Source: an uncultured Gammaproteobacteria bacterium (GTDB lineage: Bacteria; Pseudomonadota; Gammaproteobacteria; Eutrophobiales; Eutrophobiaceae). Taken from it: 64,000 bases of DNA. The translations under genes were made by a program, and so were the position numbers. Location: assembly GCA_951812995.1 (NCBI GenBank), contig CATOTD010000014.1, positions 13,794-77,793 of the forward strand, read 5' to 3'. Below are positions 55,301 to 64,000 of this stretch, one piece after another (position 1 is the stretch's first letter; every line of letters begins with the position of its first letter). The notes under the pieces are model-generated. The model was not told the origin of the DNA and ran no database searches. It saw nothing but the letters and a program-made list of their open reading frames with translations.

Positions 55301-58300
55301 ACCCGTGCCGCCGATAAGGTGGTCATTGCCCGCACCGCCGTCTAACCGGTTGACCCCAGCATTGCCGATAAGCACATCGGCCTGCGCCGAACCAATCAGG
55401 TTTTCGATATTGGAGAGTACATCGCCCGTGGCATCCGTGTTGCCAAGGGTCTGTGCGTCGGCCTTGTTTAGATTGACATACACACCAGTCACGCCTGTTA
55501 CATCAGCCGCAAGTCCGTTGGGTAAATCCGCCGCCACGATATACGACACACCGGCTGCTGCTGCCGCCGCATACGAGGCTGTATCTGTGCCATCGCCGCC
55601 GTTGATTGTGTCGGCACCCGCGCCGCCGATAAGCGTGTCATTACCCGCACCACCGATAAGGTGGTCATCACCCGTGCCACCGATAAGGTGGTCATTGCCC
55701 GCACCACCGTCTAACCGGTTGACCCCAGCATTGCCGATAAGCACATCGTCATGGATTGAGCCGATGAGGTTTTCGATATTGGAGAGTACATCGCCCGTGG
55801 CATCCGTGTTGCCAAGGGTCTGTGCACCAGCCTTGTTTAGATTGACATACACACCAGTCACGCCTGTTACATCAGCCGCAAGCCCGTTGGGTAAATCCGC
55901 CGCCACGATATACGACACACCGGCTGCTGCTGCCGCCGCATACGAGGCTGTATCTGTGCCATCGCCGCCGTTGATTGTGTCGGCACCCGCGCCGCCGATA
56001 AGCGTGTCATTACCCGCACCGCCGTCTAACCGGTTGACCCCAGCATTGCCGATAAGCACATCGGCCTGCGCCGAACCAATCAGGTTTTCGATATTGAACA
56101 AGATATCGCCTGCCGCCCAGCCGTTAGCATTTTTGCTATTGTCGGATAAGTCTACGGTTATGCCGTTGCCGTCATCGGCAGTGGCATAACTCACGGTATC
56201 TGCGCCGCCCTTGCCATCGATAAGGTCGGCATCGGCGGTGGCGGCATAGTTATTGTTGGTGTCATCGCCAATAGTCGCGGCGGCGTTGACGTTCACCCGG
56301 TGTACCGTGGCGGTGGAGGCGTTATCGTCCTTGTCGGTCAGCACGATTGAAAATTCGCGCACGCGGTCGGTGGCATTTTGTGCATCGGCGTTTTGGTAAC
56401 GTAAGGTAGCGAGGATGGCCTCGACCTCAATGGTCGTTAAGTTGCCGCCGTTTTTGCTAAGGGTAATGGTGCCGACAGTATTATCCCAGACAATGTTAAG
56501 GCCGGTGATACCGGCAATGGTCACGTTGTTCGCGCTGGCATTGACCCCGCCTATCGCAAGTACCTGGACATTACCCATGGCATCACTACCATAGGCCAGT
56601 TGTTCGTTGCTGTCATCCAGACCCGTTGCGGTAATGGTAATCGTGCTTATCGTCGCCGGGATTGGCAGTTCGATGACCTGTATGCCGCGATCACTATAAC
56701 TCGCGACAAAGGCGTAGGCCTTGTTGTTGATCTCCGCCGTGGTGATCTTGAAGGCATCTCGCAGTTCGGTGTAGCCATCCACCCCATCTCTGAGTGCGGC
56801 GACCGCAGTCGGGTTTGCAGGATCGGTGATGTCGATCACCTGCACTGCATTATCACCGTAGCCTGCAACCAAGGCATAGGTACGACCGGCAATGACTGTG
56901 GTGGTAATAGCGTCGGCAGTCCGCAGCGCGGTGTAGGGGCTGTCGGCCTGAACGCTGTCATCAAACAATGCGGCGACCGCAGTCGGGGTCTCGGGCGTTG
57001 TGATGTCAATAATCTGTACCCCGTGATCTACATTGGCGGTGACCAGCGCATAGGTCTTGCCTTTAATCACCACCGTGGTGATGGAATATGCGCCATTGAG
57101 TGCGGTATAAGGCGTATTAGCCCCCGACGTGTTGTCAGTTATCGCGGCAACCGCGCTTGGGGCCGCAGGCGTTGTGATGTCGATAATCTGTACCCCGTCA
57201 TCCGCACTGGCGGCAACCAGCGCGTAGGTCCTGCCTTTAATCACCACCGTGGTAATGCCAACCGCACCATCAAGCTCGGTGTAGTCGGTGAGCGCGCCCG
57301 CCGTGCTGTCAGTAATGGCCGCGGTCGCGATCGGGGCCGTGGGTGTGGTGATGTCAATAATCTGCACCCCGTCATCGGTACTGGCGGCAACCAGCGCATA
57401 GGTCTTGCTGCCTATCACCACCGTGGTAATGCCAGTCGCACCATCAAGCTGGGTGTAGTCGGTGGGCGCGGCCGTCGTGCTGTCAGCAATGGCCGCGACC
57501 GCGCTCGGGGCCGTGGGATCGGTGCTGATGTCGAGTATTTGCACCCCGTCATCAGCAACAGCAGCCACCAGCGCATAGGTCACACCGCCGATGACCACGG
57601 TGGTGATGGCGAACGGGTTGTTGAGTTCTCGATCGGCGGCATTAGCAATGCTACCGATCTGCTCGGCTTCAGTCGGGTCGCTCACGTCTATCAACTGTAC
57701 GCTATCGCCTGTACCCGTGGCGACCAGCAGATAGGTCTTGCCACCAATGACCACAGTGCTCAGGGCACTCGGGGCTGTCAGCGAAAATTGGGCGGAGCCA
57801 TCGTGATCATCAGACCCATGAGCATAGGCAGCGGTGGCGGTTGGGGTCTGGAGCGCGGCATTATCACCGACTGTTGCCTTGACACCCAAAACCACGCCAG
57901 CAGTCAGTGCCGCGGTGTTGAGTATGCTGTAGGGCGTTTGTAGTGCCAGAGTTGGCGGGATAGCGTAGACAAAATGATCGTCCGTCAAGTCATTCTCCAA
58001 CACCCCGGTCAGCGTGATGGTGCCGGTAGGAGTGGTAATGACTGTATTGCCACTGTCATCATCATCCGTTGCGTCCTGCACAGCTTTCAGGTTGGTAAAA
58101 CCAGCAATGGCGGACAAATCGATTTTATTATTACCGGTGGTAAAATCAGCAATAGTGTCTGCGCCATGACCTGGGGCAAAGACAAAGGTATCATTACCCG
58201 CACCGCCGGTTAAGGTGTCATTGCCCGCACCGCCTTCGAGTACGTTGGCATCATTATTGCCGACCAGTACATCGTTATGCGCCGAACCAATCAGGTTTTC

Positions 58301-61300
58301 GATATTGGAGAGTACATCGCCCGTGGCATCCGTGTTGCCAAGGGTCTGTGCACCAGCCTTGTTTAGATTGACATACACACCAGTCACGCCCGTGACACGA
58401 GCCGCAAGCCCATGGGTTGTATCTGCCGCCACGATATACGCCGCACCGATTGCTGCCGCCGCATACGAGGCTGTATCTGTGCCATCGCCGCCGTTGATTG
58501 TGTCGGCACCTGTGCCGCCGATAAGCGCGTCATCACCCGCACCGCCGCTAAGGTGGTCATCACCCGTGCCACCGATAAGGTGGTCATTGCCCGCACCACC
58601 GTCTAACCGGTTGACCCCAGCATTGCCGATAAGCACATCGGCCTGCGCCGAACCAATCAGGTTTTCGATATTGGAGAGTACATCGCCCGTGGCATCCGTG
58701 TTGCCAAGGGTCTGTGCGTCGGCCTTGTTTAGATTGACATACACACCAGTCACGCCTGTTACATCAGCCGCAAGTCCATGGGTTGTATCTGCCGCCACGG
58801 TGTACGACACACCGGCTACTGCCGCCGCCGCATACGAGGCTGTATCTGTGCCATCGCCGCCGTTGATTGTGTCGGCACCCGCGCCGCCGATAAGGTGGTC
58901 ATTGTCCGCGCCGCCGATAAGGTGGTCATTGCCCGCGCCGCCGATAAGGTGGTCATTGCCCGCACCGCCGTCTAACCGATTGACCCCAGCATTGCCGATA
59001 AGCACATCGTCATGGATTGAGCCGATGAGGTTTTCGATATTGGAGAGTACATCGCCCGTGGCATCCGTGTTGCCAAGGGTCTGTGCACCAGCCTTGTTTA
59101 GATTGACATACACACCAGTCACGCCTGTTACATCAGCCGCAAGCCCGTTGGGTAAATCCGCCGCCACGGTGTACGACACACCGGCTGCTGCCGCCGCCGC
59201 ATACGAGGCTGTATCTGTGCCATCGCCGCCGTTGATTGTGTCGGCACCTGCGCCGCCGATAAGCGTGTCATTACCATCGCTACCGTCCAGGGTATCATCA
59301 CCCGCGCCGCCGTCTAGGGTATCATCACCCGCGCCGCCGGTAAGCCGGTTGTCATACTCATCGCCGGTTAAGGTGTCGGCGTAGCCGGTACCGATCAGTT
59401 TTTCGATATTGAACAAGATATCGCCTGCCGCCCAGCCGTTGGCATTTTTGCTATTGTCGGATAAGTCTACATTCACGCCGTTGCCGTCATCGGCAGTGGC
59501 ATAACTCACGGTATCTGCGCCGCCCTTGCCATCGATAAGGTCGGCATCGGCGGTGGCGGCATAGTTATTGTTGGTGTCATCGCCAATAGTCGCGGCGGCG
59601 TTGACATTCACCCGGTGTACCGTGGGGGTGGAGTCTAGCCCGTCGGTGTCGGTCAAGACAATCGAGAATAACCGGTCGCCATTGGTGGCATTTTGCGCAT
59701 CGGCGTTTTGGTAACGCAAGGCAGCGAGGATGGACTCGACCTCAATGGTCGTTAAGTTGCCGCCGTTTTTGCTAAGGGTAATGGTGCCGACAGTATTATC
59801 CCAGACAATGTTAAGGCCGGTGATACCGGCAATGGTTACGTTGTTCGCGCTGGCATTGACCCCGCCTATCGCAAGTACCTGGACATTACCCATGGCATTA
59901 CTACCATAGGCCAGTTGTTCGTTGCTGTCATCCAGACCCGTTGCGGTAATGGTAATCGTGCTTATCGTTGCCGGGATTGGCAGTTCGATGACCTGTATGC
60001 CGCGATCACTATAACTCGCGACAAAGGCGTAGGCCTTGTTGTTGATCTCCGCCGTGGTGATCTTGAAGGCACCTGCGAGTTCGGTGTAGCCATCCACCCC
60101 ATCTCTGAGTGCGGCGACCGCAGTCGGGTTTGCAGGATCGGTGATGTCGATCACCTGCACCGCATTATCACCGTAGCCGGTCACCAGGGCATAGGTACGA
60201 CCGGCAATGACTGTGGTGGTGATAGCGTAGGCACGCCTCAACGCGGTGTAGGGGCTGTCGGTCTGACCTGCCACACTGTTATCAAACAATGCGGCGACCG
60301 CAGTCGGGGTCTCGGGCGTTGTGATGTCAATAATCTGTACCCCGTGATCTACATTGGCGGCGACCAGCGCATAGGTCTTGCCTTTAATCACCACCGTGGT
60401 GATGGAATATGCGCTATTGAGGGCGGTATAAGGCGTATTAGCCCCCGACGTGTTGTCAGTTATCGCGGCAACCGCGCTTGGGGCCGCGGGCGTTGTGATG
60501 TCGATAATCTGTACCCCGTCATCCGCACTGGCGGCAACCAGCGCGTAGGTCCTGCCCTTAATCACCACCGTGGTAATGCCAGCCGCACCATCAAGCTCGG
60601 TGTAAGGCGTATTAACCAGCACCGTGTTGTCAGTAATGGCCGCGACCGCAGTCGGGGCGGCGGGCGTTGTGATGTCAATAATCTGCACCCCGTCATCGGT
60701 ACTGGCGGCGACCAGCGCATAGGTCTTGCTACCTATCACCACCGTGGTGATGTCGCGGGCACCATTAAGCTCGGTGTAAAGCGTATTAGCCAGCACCGTG
60801 CTGTCAGCAATGGCCGCGACCGCGCTCGGGGCCGTGGGATCGGTGCTGATGTCGAGTATTTGCACCCCGTCATCCTCATAGGCGGCCACCAGTGCATAGG
60901 TCACACCACCGATGACCACGGTGGTGATGGCTTCTGGATCATTCAGCTCCAGCAGGTTGGTATCGACTATACTGCCTATCTGCTCGGCTTCAGTCGGGTC
61001 GCTCACGTCTATCAACTGTACGCTATCGCCTGTACCCGTGGCGACCAGCAGATAGGTCTTGCCACCAATGACCACAGTGCTCAGGGCACTCGGGGCTGTC
61101 AGCGAAAATTGGGCGGAGCCATCGTGATCATCAGACCCATGAGCATAGGCAGCGGTGGCGGTTGGGGTCTGGAGCGCGGCATTATCACCGACTGTTGCCT
61201 TGACACCCAAAACCACGCCAGCAGTCAGTGCCGCGGTGTTGAGTATGCTGTAGGGCGTTTGTAGTGCCAGAGTTGGCGGGATAGCGTAGATAAAATGATC

Positions 61301-64000
61301 GTCCGTCAAGTCATTCTCCAACACCCCGGTCAGCGTGATGGTGCCGGTAGGAGTGGTAATGACTGTATTGCCACTGTCATCATCATCCGTTGCGTCCTGC
61401 ACAGCTTTCAGGTTGGTAAAACCAGCAATGGCGGACAAATCGATTTTATTATTACCGGTGGTAAAATCAGCAATAGTGTCTGCGCCATGACCTGGGGCAA
61501 AGACAAAGGTATCATTACCCGCACCGCCGGTTAAGGTGTCATTGCCCGCACCGCCTTCGAGTACGTTGGCATCATTATTGCCGACCAGTACATCGTTATG
61601 CGCCGAACCAATCAGGTTTTCGATATTGGAGAGTACATCGCCCGTGGCATCCGTGTTGCCAAGGGTCTGTGCACCAGCCTTGTTTAGATTGACATACACA
61701 CCAGTCACGCCCGTGACACGAGCCGCAAGCCCATGGGTTGTATCTGCCGCCACGATATACGCCGCACCGATTGCTGCCGCCGCATACGAGGCTGTATCTG
61801 TGCCATCGCCGCCGTTGATTGTGTCGGCACCCGCGCCGCCGATAAGCGTGTCATCACCCGCACCGCCGCTAAGGTGGTCATTGCCCGTGCCGCCGTCCAG
61901 CCGATTGACTCCAGCATTGCCGATAAGCACATCGGCCTGCGCCGAACCAATCAGGTTTTCGATATTGGAGAGTGTATCGCCCTGCGCGTCAGTCGTCACG
62001 GTGTTGTCCGCATTAGTCGTCTGTGCACCAGTCTTGTTTAGATTGACATACACACCAGTCACGCCCGTGACTTCGGCCGCAAGCCCATGGGTTGTATCTG
62101 CCGCCACGGTGTACGACACACCGGCTGCTGCCGCCGCCGCATACGAGGCTGTATCTGTGCCATCGCCGCCGTTGATTGTGTCGGCACCCGCCCCGCCGAT
62201 AAGCGTGTCATCACCCGTGCCGCCGATAAGGTGGTCATCACCCGTGCCACCGATAAGGTGGTCATTGCCCGCACCACCGTCTAACCGGTTGACCCCAGCA
62301 TTGCCGATAAGCACATCGGCCTGCGCCGAACCAATCAGGTTTTCGATATTGGAGAGTACATCGCCCGTGGCATCCGTGTTGCCAAGGGTCTGTGCGTCGG
62401 CCTTGTTTAGATTGACATACACACCAGTCACGCCTGTTACATCAGCCGCAAGTCCATGGGTTGTATCTGCCGCCACGGTGTACGACACACCGGCTACTGC
62501 CGCCGCCGCATACGAGGCTGTATCTGTGCCATCGCCGCCGTTGATTGTGTCGGCACCCGCACCGCCGATAAGCGTGTCATTACCCGCACCACCGCTAAGG
62601 TGGTCATCACCCGCGCCACCGATAAGGTGGTCATTGCCCGCACCACCGTCTAACCGGTTGACCCCAGCATTGCCGATAAGCACATCGTCATGGATTGAGC
62701 CGATGAGGTTTTCGATATTGGAGAGTACATCGCCCGTGGCATCCGTGTTGCCAAGGGTCTGTGCGTCGGCCTTGTTTAGATTGACATACACACCAGTCAC
62801 GCCTGTTACATCAGCCGCAAGCCCGTTGGGTAAATCCGCCGCCACGGTGTACGACACACCGGCTGCTACTGCCGCCGCATACGAGGCTGTATCTGTGCCA
62901 TCGCCGCCGTTGATTGTGTCGGCACCCGCGCCGCCGATAAGCGTGTCATTACCCGCACCGCCGTCTAACCGGTTGACCCCAGCATTGCCGATAAGCACAT
63001 CGGCCTGCGCCGAACCAATCAGGTTTTCGATATTGAACAAGATATCGCCTGCCGCCCAGCCGTTAGCATTTTTGCTATTGTCGGATAAGTCTACGGTTAT
63101 GCCGTTGCCGTCATCGGCAGTGGCATAACTCACGGTATCTGCGCCGCCCTTGCCATCGATAAGGTCGGCATCGGCGGTGGCGGCATAGTTATTGTTGGTG
63201 TCATCGCCAATAGTCGCGGCGGCGTTGACGTTCACCCGGTGTACCGTGGCGGTGGAGGCGTTATCGTCCTTGTCGGTCAGCACGATTGAAAATTCGCGCA
63301 CGCGGTCGGTGGCATTTTGCGCATCGGCGTTTTGGTAACGTAAGGTAGCGAGGATGGCCTCGACCTCAATGGTCGTTAAGTTGCCGCCGTTTTTGCTAAG
63401 GGTAATGGTGCCGACAGTATTATCCCAGACAATGTTAAGGCCGGTGATACCGGCAATGGTCACGTTGTTCGCGCTGGCATTGACCCCGCCTATCGCAAGT
63501 ACCTGGACATTACCCATGGCATCACTACCATAGGCCAGTTGTTCGTTGCTGTCATCCAGACCCGTTGCGGTAATGGTAATCGTGCTTATCGTCGCCGGGA
63601 TTGGCAGTTCGATGACCTGTATGCCGCGATCACTATAACTCGCGACAAAGGCGTAGGCCTTGTTGTTGATCTCCGCCGTGGTGATCTTGAAGGCATCTCG
63701 CAGTTCGGTGTAGCCATCCACCCCATCTCTGAGTGCGGCGACCGCAGTCGGGTTTGCAGGATCGGTGATGTCGATCACCTGCACTGCATTATCACCGTAG
63801 CCTGCAACCAAGGCATAGGTACGACCGGCAATGACTGTGGTGGTAATAGCGTCGGCAGTCCGCAGCGCGGTGTAGGGGCTGTCGGCCTGAACGCTGTCAT
63901 CAAACAATGCGGCGACCGCAGTCGGGGTCTCGGGCGTTGTGATGTCAATAATCTGTACCCCGTGATCTACATTGGCGGTGACCAGCGCATAGGTCTTGCC
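40379..64000 (-). CDS. Giant RTX adhesin with LVIVD-type beta-propellers, Ig-like domains and hemolysin-type Ca-binding repeats (5' end outside window, at least 7873 aa)
   Basis: Frame stays open from 63907 to the window edge ([16 protein letters not shown]..), so the TTG start is artificial. Many GGxGxDxLx repeats. C-terminus NYFEVI. Upstream of the T1SS operon. Confidence 0.95.
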   Translation of the reverse strand, partial: GKTYALVTANVDHGVQIIDITTPETPTAVAALFDDSVQADSPYTALRTADAITTTVIAGRTYALVAGYGDNAVQVIDITDPANPTAVAALRDGVDGYTELRDAFKITTAEINNKAYAFVASYSDRGIQVIELPIPATISTITITATGLDDSNEQLAYGSDAMGNVQVLAIGGVNASANNVTIAGITGLNIVWDNTVGTITLSKNGGNLTTIEVEAILATLRYQNADAQNATDRVREFSIVLTDKDDNASTATVHRVNVNAAATIGDDTNNNYAATADADLIDGKGGADTVSYATADDGNGITVDLSDNSKNANGWAAGDILFNIENLIGSAQADVLIGNAGVNRLDGGAGNDTLIGGAGADTINGGDGTDTASYAAAVAAGVSYTVAADLPNGLAADVTGVTGVYVNLNKADAQTLGNTDATGDVLSNIENLIGSIHDDVLIGNAGVNRLDGGAGNDHLIGGAGDDHLSGGAGNDTLIGGAGADTINGGDGTDTASYAAAAVAGVSYTVAADTTHGLAADVTGVTGVYVNLNKADAQTLGNTDATGDVLSNIENLIGSAQADVLIGNAGVNRLDGGAGNDHLIGGTGDDHLIGGTGDDTLIGGAGADTINGGDGTDTASYAAAAAAGVSYTVAADTTHGLAAEVTGVTGVYVNLNKTGAQTTNADNTVTTDAQGDTLSNIENLIGSAQADVLIGNAGVNRLDGGTGNDHLSGGAGDDTLIGGAGADTINGGDGTDTASYAAAAIGAAYIVAADTTHGLAARVTGVTGVYVNLNKAGAQTLGNTDATGDVLSNIENLIGSAHNDVLVGNNDANVLEGGAGNDTLTGGAGNDTFVFAPGHGADTIADFTTGNNKIDLSAIAGFTNLKAVQDATDDDDSGNTVITTPTGTITLTGVLENDLTDDHFIYAIPPTLALQTPYSILNTAALTAGVVLGVKATVGDNAALQTPTATAAYAHGSDDHDGSAQFSLTAPSALSTVVIGGKTYLLVATGTGDSVQLIDVSDPTEAEQIGSIVDTNLLELNDPEAITTVVIGGVTYALVAAYEDDGVQILDISTDPTAPSAVAAIADSTVLANTLYTELNGARDITTVVIGSKTYALVAASTDDGVQIIDITTPAAPTAVAAITDNTVLVNTPYTELDGAAGITTVVIKGRTYALVAASADDGVQIIDITTPAAPSAVAAITDNTSGANTPYTALNSAYSITTVVIKGKTYALVAANVDHGVQIIDITTPETPTAVAALFDNSVAGQTDSPYTALRRAYAITTTVIAGRTYALVTGYGDNAVQVIDITDPANPTAVAALRDGVDGYTELAGAFKITTAEINNKAYAFVASYSDRGIQVIELPIPATISTITITATGLDDSNEQLAYGSNAMGNVQVLAIGGVNASANNVTIAGITGLNIVWDNTVGTITLSKNGGNLTTIEVESILAALRYQNADAQNATNGDRLFSIVLTDTDGLDSTPTVHRVNVNAAATIGDDTNNNYAATADADLIDGKGGADTVSYATADDGNGVNVDLSDNSKNANGWAAGDILFNIEKLIGTGYADTLTGDEYDNRLTGGAGDDTLDGGAGDDTLDGSDGNDTLIGGAGADTINGGDGTDTASYAAAAAAGVSYTVAADLPNGLAADVTGVTGVYVNLNKAGAQTLGNTDATGDVLSNIENLIGSIHDDVLIGNAGVNRLDGGAGNDHLIGGAGNDHLIGGADNDHLIGGAGADTINGGDGTDTASYAAAAVAGVSYTVAADTTHGLAADVTGVTGVYVNLNKADAQTLGNTDATGDVLSNIENLIGSAQADVLIGNAGVNRLDGGAGNDHLIGGTGDDHLSGGAGDDALIGGTGADTINGGDGTDTASYAAAAIGAAYIVAADTTHGLAARVTGVTGVYVNLNKAGAQTLGNTDATGDVLSNIENLIGSAHNDVLVGNNDANVLEGGAGNDTLTGGAGNDTFVFAPGHGADTIADFTTGNNKIDLSAIAGFTNLKAVQDATDDDDSGNTVITTPTGTITLTGVLENDLTDDHFVYAIPPTLALQTPYSILNTAALTAGVVLGVKATVGDNAALQTPTATAAYAHGSDDHDGSAQFSLTAPSALSTVVIGGKTYLLVATGTGDSVQLIDVSDPTEAEQIGSIANAADRELNNPFAITTVVIGGVTYALVAAVADDGVQILDISTDPTAPSAVAAIADSTTAAPTDYTQLDGATGITTVVIGSKTYALVAASTDDGVQIIDITTPTAPIATAAITDSTAGALTDYTELDGAVGITTVVIKGRTYALVAASADDGVQIIDITTPAAPSAVAAITDNTSGANTPYTALNGAYSITTVVIKGKTYALVTANVDHGVQIIDITTPETPTAVAALFDDSVQADSPYTALRTADAITTTVIAGRTYALVAGYGDNAVQVIDITDPANPTAVAALRDGVDGYTELRDAFKITTAEINNKAYAFVASYSDRGIQVIELPIPATISTITITATGLDDSNEQLAYGSDAMGNVQVLAIGGVNASANNVTIAGITGLNIVWDNTVGTITLSKNGGNLTTIEVEAILATLRYQNADAQNATDRVREFSIVLTDKDDNASTATVHRVNVNAAATIGDDTNNNYAATADADLIDGKGGADTVSYATADDGNGITVDLSDNSKNANGWAAGDILFNIENLIGSAQADVLIGNAGVNRLDGGAGNDTLIGGAGADTINGGDGTDTASYAAAAAAGVSYIVAADLPNGLAADVTGVTGVYVNLNKAGAQTLGNTDATGDVLSNIENLIGSIHDDVLIGNAGVNRLDGGAGNDHLIGGTGDDHLIGGAGNDTLIGGAGADTINGGDGTDTASYAAAAAAGVSYIVAADLPNGLAADVTGVTGVYVNLNKADAQTLGNTDATGDVLSNIENLIGSAQADVLIGNAGVNRLDGGAGNDHLIGGTGDDTLIGGAGDDTINGGAGADTINGGDGTDTASYAAAAAAGVSYTVAADTTHGLAAEVTGVTGVYVNLNKTGAQTTNADNTVTTDAQGDTLSNIENLIGSAQADVLIGNAGVNRLDGGTGDDHLIGGTGDDTLIGGAGADIINGGDGTDTASYAAAVAAGVSYTVAADLPNGLAAEVTGVTGVYVNLNKAGAQTLGNTDATGDVLSNIENLIGSAHNDVLVGNNDANVLEGGAGNDTLTGGAGNDTFVFAPGHGADTIADFTTGNNKIDLSAIAGFTNLKAVQDATDDDDSGNTVITTPTGTITLTGVLENDLTDDHFIYAIPPTLALQTPYSILNTAALTAGVVLGVKATVGDNAALQTPTATAAYAHGSDDHDGSAQFSLTAPSALSTVVIGGKTYLLVATGTGDSVQLIDVSDPTEAEQIGSIVDTNLLELNDPEAITTVVIGGVTYALVAAYEDDGVQILDISTDPTAPSAVAAIADSTVLANTLYTELNGARDITTVVIGSKTYALVAASTDDGVQIIDITTPAAPTAVAAITDNTVLVNTPYTELDGAAGITTVVIKGRTYALVAASADDGVQIIDITTPATPSAVAAITDNTSGANTPYTALNGAYSITTVVIKGKTYALVAANVDHGVQIIDITTPETPTAVAALFDNSVAGQTDSPYTALRRAYAITTTVIAGRTYALVTGYGDNAVQVIDITDPANPTAVAALRDGVDGYTELAGAFKITTAEINNKAYAFVASYSDRGIQVIELPIPATISTITITATGLDDSNEQLAYGSDAMGNVQVLAIGGVNASANNVTIAGITGLNIVWDNTVGTITLSKNGGNLTTIEVEAILAALRYQNADAQNATNGDRLFSIVLTDTDGLDSTPTVYRVNVNAAATIGDDTNNNYAATADADLIDGKGGADTVSYATADDGNGVTVDLSDNSKNANGWAAGDILFNIEKLIGTGYADTLTGDEYDNRLTGGAGDDTLDGGAGDDTLDGSDGNDTLIGGAGADTINGGDGTDTASYAAAAAAGVSYTVAADLPNGLAADVTGVTGVYVNLNKAGAQTLGNTDATGDVLSNIENLIGSIHDDVLIGNAGVNRLDGGAGNDHLIGGAGNDHLIGGADNDHLIGGAGADTINGGDGTDTASYAAAAAAGVSYTVAADTTHGLAADVTGVTGVYVNLNKADAQTLGNTDATGDVLSNIENLIGSIHDDVLIGNAGVNRLDGGAGNDHLIGGTGDDHLSGGAGDDTLIGGAGADTINGGDGTDTASYAAAAIGAAYIVAADTTHGLAARVTGVTGVYVNLNKAGAQTLGNTDATGDVLSNIENLIGSAHNDVLVGNNDANVLEGGAGNDTLTGGAGNDTFVFAPGHGADTIADFTTGNNKIDLSAIAGFTNLKAVQDATDDDDSGNTVITTPTGTITLTGVLENDLTDDHFIYAIPPTLALQTPYSILNTAALTAGVVLGVKATVGDNAALQTPTATAAYAHGSDDHDGSAQFSLTAPSALSTVVIGGKTYLLVATGTGDSVQLIDVSDPTEAEQIGSIVDTNLLELNDPEAITTVVIGGVTYALVAAYEDDGVQILDISTDPTAPSAVAAIADSTVLANTLYTELNGARDITTVVIGSKTYALVAASTDDGVQIIDITTPAAPTAVAAITDNTVLVNTPYTELDGAAGITTVVIKGRTYALVAASADDGVQIIDITTPAAPSAVAAITDNTSGANTPYTALNSAYSITTVVIDGKTYALVAASLDHGVQIIDITTPETPTAVAALFDDSVQADSPYTALRSAYAITTTVIAGRTYALVTGYDEHAVQVIDITDPANPTAVAALVDGADGYTELRGAFKITTAEINNKAYAFVASYSDAGIQVIELPIPATISTITITATGLDDSNEQLAYGSDAMGNVQVLAIGGVNASANNVTIAGITGLNIVWDNTVGTITLSKNGGNLTTIEVEAILATLRYQNADAQNATDRVREFSIVLTDKDDNASTATVHRVNVNAAATIGDDTNNNYAATADADLIDGKGGADTVSYATADDGNGITVDLSDNSKNANGWAAGDILFNIENLIGSAQADVLIGNAGVNRLDGGAGNDTLIGGAGADTINGGDGTDTASYAAAAAAGVSYTVAADLPNGLAADVTGVTGVYVNLNKADAQTLGNTDATGDVLSNIENLIGSIHDDVLIGNAGVNRLDGGAGNDHLIGGAGNDHLIGGADNDHLIGGAGADTINGGDGTDTASYAAAAVAGVSYTVAADTTHGLAADVTGVTGVYVNLNKADAQTLGNTDATGDVLSNIENLIGSIHDDVLIGNAGVNRLDGGAGNDHLIGGAGDDHLIGGTGDDTLIGGAGADTINGGDGTDTASYAAAAAAGVSYIVAADLPNGLAADVTGVTGVYVNLNKADAQTLGNTDATGDVLSSIENLIGSIHDDVLIGNNDANRLDGGAGDDTLIGGAGADTINGGDGTDTASYAAAAAAGVSYTVAADLPNGLAADVTGVTGVYVNLNKADAQTLGNTDATGDVLSNIENLIGSIHDDVLIGNAGVNRLDGGAGNDHLIGGAGDDHLSGGAGDDTLIGGAGDDTINGGDGTDTASYAAAAIGAAYIVAADTTHGLAADVTGVTGVYVNLNKADAQTLGNTDATGDVLSNIENLIGSIHDDVLIGNAGVNRLDGGAGNDHLIGGAGADTINGGDGTDTASYAAVAAVGVSYTVAADLPNGLAADVTGVTGVYVNLNKADAQTLGNTDATGDVLSSIENLIGSIHADVLIGNAGVNRLDGGAGNDHLIGGTGDDHLSGGAGDDTLIGGTGADIINGGDGTDTASYAAAAAAGVSYTVAADTTHGLAADVTGVTGVYVNLNKADAQTLGNTDATGDVLSNIENLIGSAQADVLIGNAGVNRLDGGAGNDHLIGGTGDDHLIGGTGDDTLIGGAGADTINGGDGTDTASYAAAAAAGVSYTVAADLPNGLAADVTGVTGVYVNLNKADAQTLGNTDATGDVLSNIENLIGSIHADVLIGNAGVNRLDGGAGNDHLIGGTGDDHLSGGAGDDTLIGGASADTINGGDGTDTASYAAAAVAGVSYTVAADLPNGLAADVTGVTGVYVNLNKADAQTLGNTDATGDVLSNIENLIGSIHDDVLIGNAGVNRLDGGAGNDHLIGGTGDDHLSGGAGDDALIGGTGADTINGGDGTDTASYAAAAVAGVSYTVAADLPNGLAADVTGVTGVYVNLNKADAQTLGNTDATGDVLSNIENLIGSIHDDVLIGNAGVNRLDGGAGNDHLIGGAGDDHLIGGAGADTINGGDGTDTASYAAAAIGAAYTVAADTTHGLAADVTGVTGVYVNLNKADAQTLGNTDATGDVLSNIENLIGSIHDDVLIGNAGVNRLDGGAGNDHLIGGAGDDHLSGGAGDDTLIGGAGADTINGGDGTDTASYAAAAAGVSYTVAADLPNGLAAEVTGVTGVYVNLNKAGAQTLGNTDATGDVLSSIENLIGSIHDDVLIGNAGVNRLDGGAGNDHLIGGTGDDHLIGGDGTDTASYAAAVAVGVSYTVAADLPNGLAADVTGVTGVYVNLNKADAQTLGNTDATGDVLSNIENLIGSIHADVLIGNAGVNRLDGGAGNDHLIGGTGDDHLSGGAGDDTLIGGASADTINGGDGTDTASYAAAAVAGVSYTVAADLPNGLAADVTGVTGVYVNLNKADAQTLGNTDATGDVLSNIENLIGSIHDDVLIGNAGVNRLDGGAGNDHLIGGAGDDHLIGGTGADTINGGDGTDTASYAAAVAAGVSYTVAADAVNGLAADVDITGVYVNLNKVGAQTLGNTDATGDVLSNIENLIGSAQADVLIGNNDANVLEGGAGDDTLIGGAGADTINGGDGTDTASYAAATAAGVSYIVAADLPNGLAADVTGVTGVYVNLNKADAQTLGNTDATGDVLSSIENLIGSIHDDVLIGNNDANRLDGGAGDDTLIGGAGADTINGGDGTDTASYAAAAAAGVSYIVAADLPNGLAADVTGVTGVYVNLNKADAQTLGNTDATGDVLSSIENLIGSIHDDVLIGNNDANRLDGGAGDDTLIGGAGADTINGGDGTDTASYAAAAAAGVSYTVAADLPNGLAAEVTGVTGVYVNLNKADAQTLGNTDATGDVLSNIENLIGSIHDDVLIGNAGVNRLDGGAGNDHLIGGAGNDHLIGGTGDDTLIGGAGADTINGGDGTDTASYAAAAIGAAYIVAADTTHGLAADVTGVTGVYVNLNKADAQTLGNTDATGDVLSNIENLIGSIHDDVLIGNAGVNRLDGGAGNDHLIGGAGDDTLIGGAGDDTLIGGAGADTINGGDGTDTASYAAAAAGVSYTVAADTTHGLAAEVTGVTGVYVNLNKADAQTLGNTDATGDVLSSIENLIGSIHDDVLIGNAGVNRLDGGAGNDHLIGGTGDDHLIGGTGDDTLIGGAGADTINGGDGTDTASYAAAAAAGVSYTVAADLPNGLAADVTGVTGVYVNLNKADAQTLGNTDATGDVLSNIENLIGSIHADVLIGNAGVNRLDGGAGNDHLIGGTGDDHLSGGAGDDALIGGTGADTINGGDGTDTASYAAAAVAGVSYTVAADLPNGLAADVTGVTGVYVNLNKADAQTLGNTDATGDVLSNIENLIGSIHDDVLIGNAGVNRLDGGAGNDHLIGGAGDDHLIGGTGADTINGGDGTDTASYAAAVAAGVSYTVAADAVNGLAADVDITGVYVNLNKVGAQTLGNTDATGDVLSNIENLIGSAQADVLIGNNDANVLEGGAGDDTLIGGAGADTINGGDGTDTASYAAAAAAGVSYIVAADLPNGLAADVTGVTGVYVNLNKADAQTLGNTDATGDVLSNIENLIGSIHDDVLIGNAGVNRLDGGTGNDTLYGGAGDDTLNGDAGDDILSGGADNDQLIGGAGADKFILDTNALAADTDTITDFAQADGDRIQADTMNGDEATLVALGLAVADNGDHANITNTAGTVVYMTLNNVDHTLINVANYFEVI
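40700..49150 (-). repeat. Array of 24 RTX units (about 315-369 bp each)
   Basis: Counted 24 GDVLS(N/S)IENLIGS motifs. Unit length varies mainly by 27-bp nonapeptide steps. Confidence 0.88.
49150..64000 (-). repeat. Higher-order repeat of alternating 3321- and 3621-bp modules (about 6.94-kb period)
   Basis: Identical shadow ORFs at 51032, 54353, 57974 and 61295. Propeller blocks at about 49721-50830, 53036-54150, 56663-57772, 59978-61093 and 63602-end. Confidence 0.92.

Noticed and set aside
49658-61264. Four 447-449-aa plus-strand ORFs
   Set aside because: Antisense to the propeller blocks, recurring with the module period, with R/G-rich shadow composition.
63905-63907. TTG start of the giant ORF
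   Set aside because: The frame is open to the window edge, and the same Leu is internal in the repeat copy at 56968.
49721-64000. Diversity-generating retroelement acting on the propellers
   Set aside because: No reverse transcriptase or template/variable repeat pair in the window, and differences occur as blocks rather than clearly adenine-specific changes.

Overview
Gammaproteobacterial chromosome segment in three parts. (1) 1-20.3 kb is an insertion-sequence graveyard (IS256, three IS5 types, IS481, IS3; nearly all decayed, nested or truncated). It holds the aspS 5' end, a frameshifted Slam (type XI secretion) plus TbpB-barrel lipoprotein pair, a truncated tupA, intact miaB and a twice-disrupted phoH. 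(2) 20.3-31.2 kb carries intact housekeeping genes (lgt-thyA-folA, apaH-apaG, comM, tRNA-Ser(GGA)). A decayed AT-rich defence-type islet follows the tRNA: AAA+/DUF4143 ATPase, att-like tRNA 3' copy, hsdR remnant, a membrane-anchored receiver plus atypical histidine kinase pair, and an IS1595 carrying an HsdR_N-like fragment. (3) 31.3-64 kb is an intact type I secretion locus (HlyD, LapB-like ABC, TolC) with a 1240-aa BapA-like RTX protein and the 3' 23.6 kb of a giant RTX adhesin that runs off the window. The adhesin is built of alternating ~3.3/3.6 kb modules with 7-bladed LVIVD propellers, followed by 24 RTX units. The most unusual signals are dispersed strand-biased RRGYY pentamer tracts, an orphan duplicate RTX C-terminal secretion-signal cassette, the hsdR-linked receiver/kinase pair and the propeller-bearing adhesin architecture. 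All calls come from reading the sequence and recalled motifs; no searches were run.
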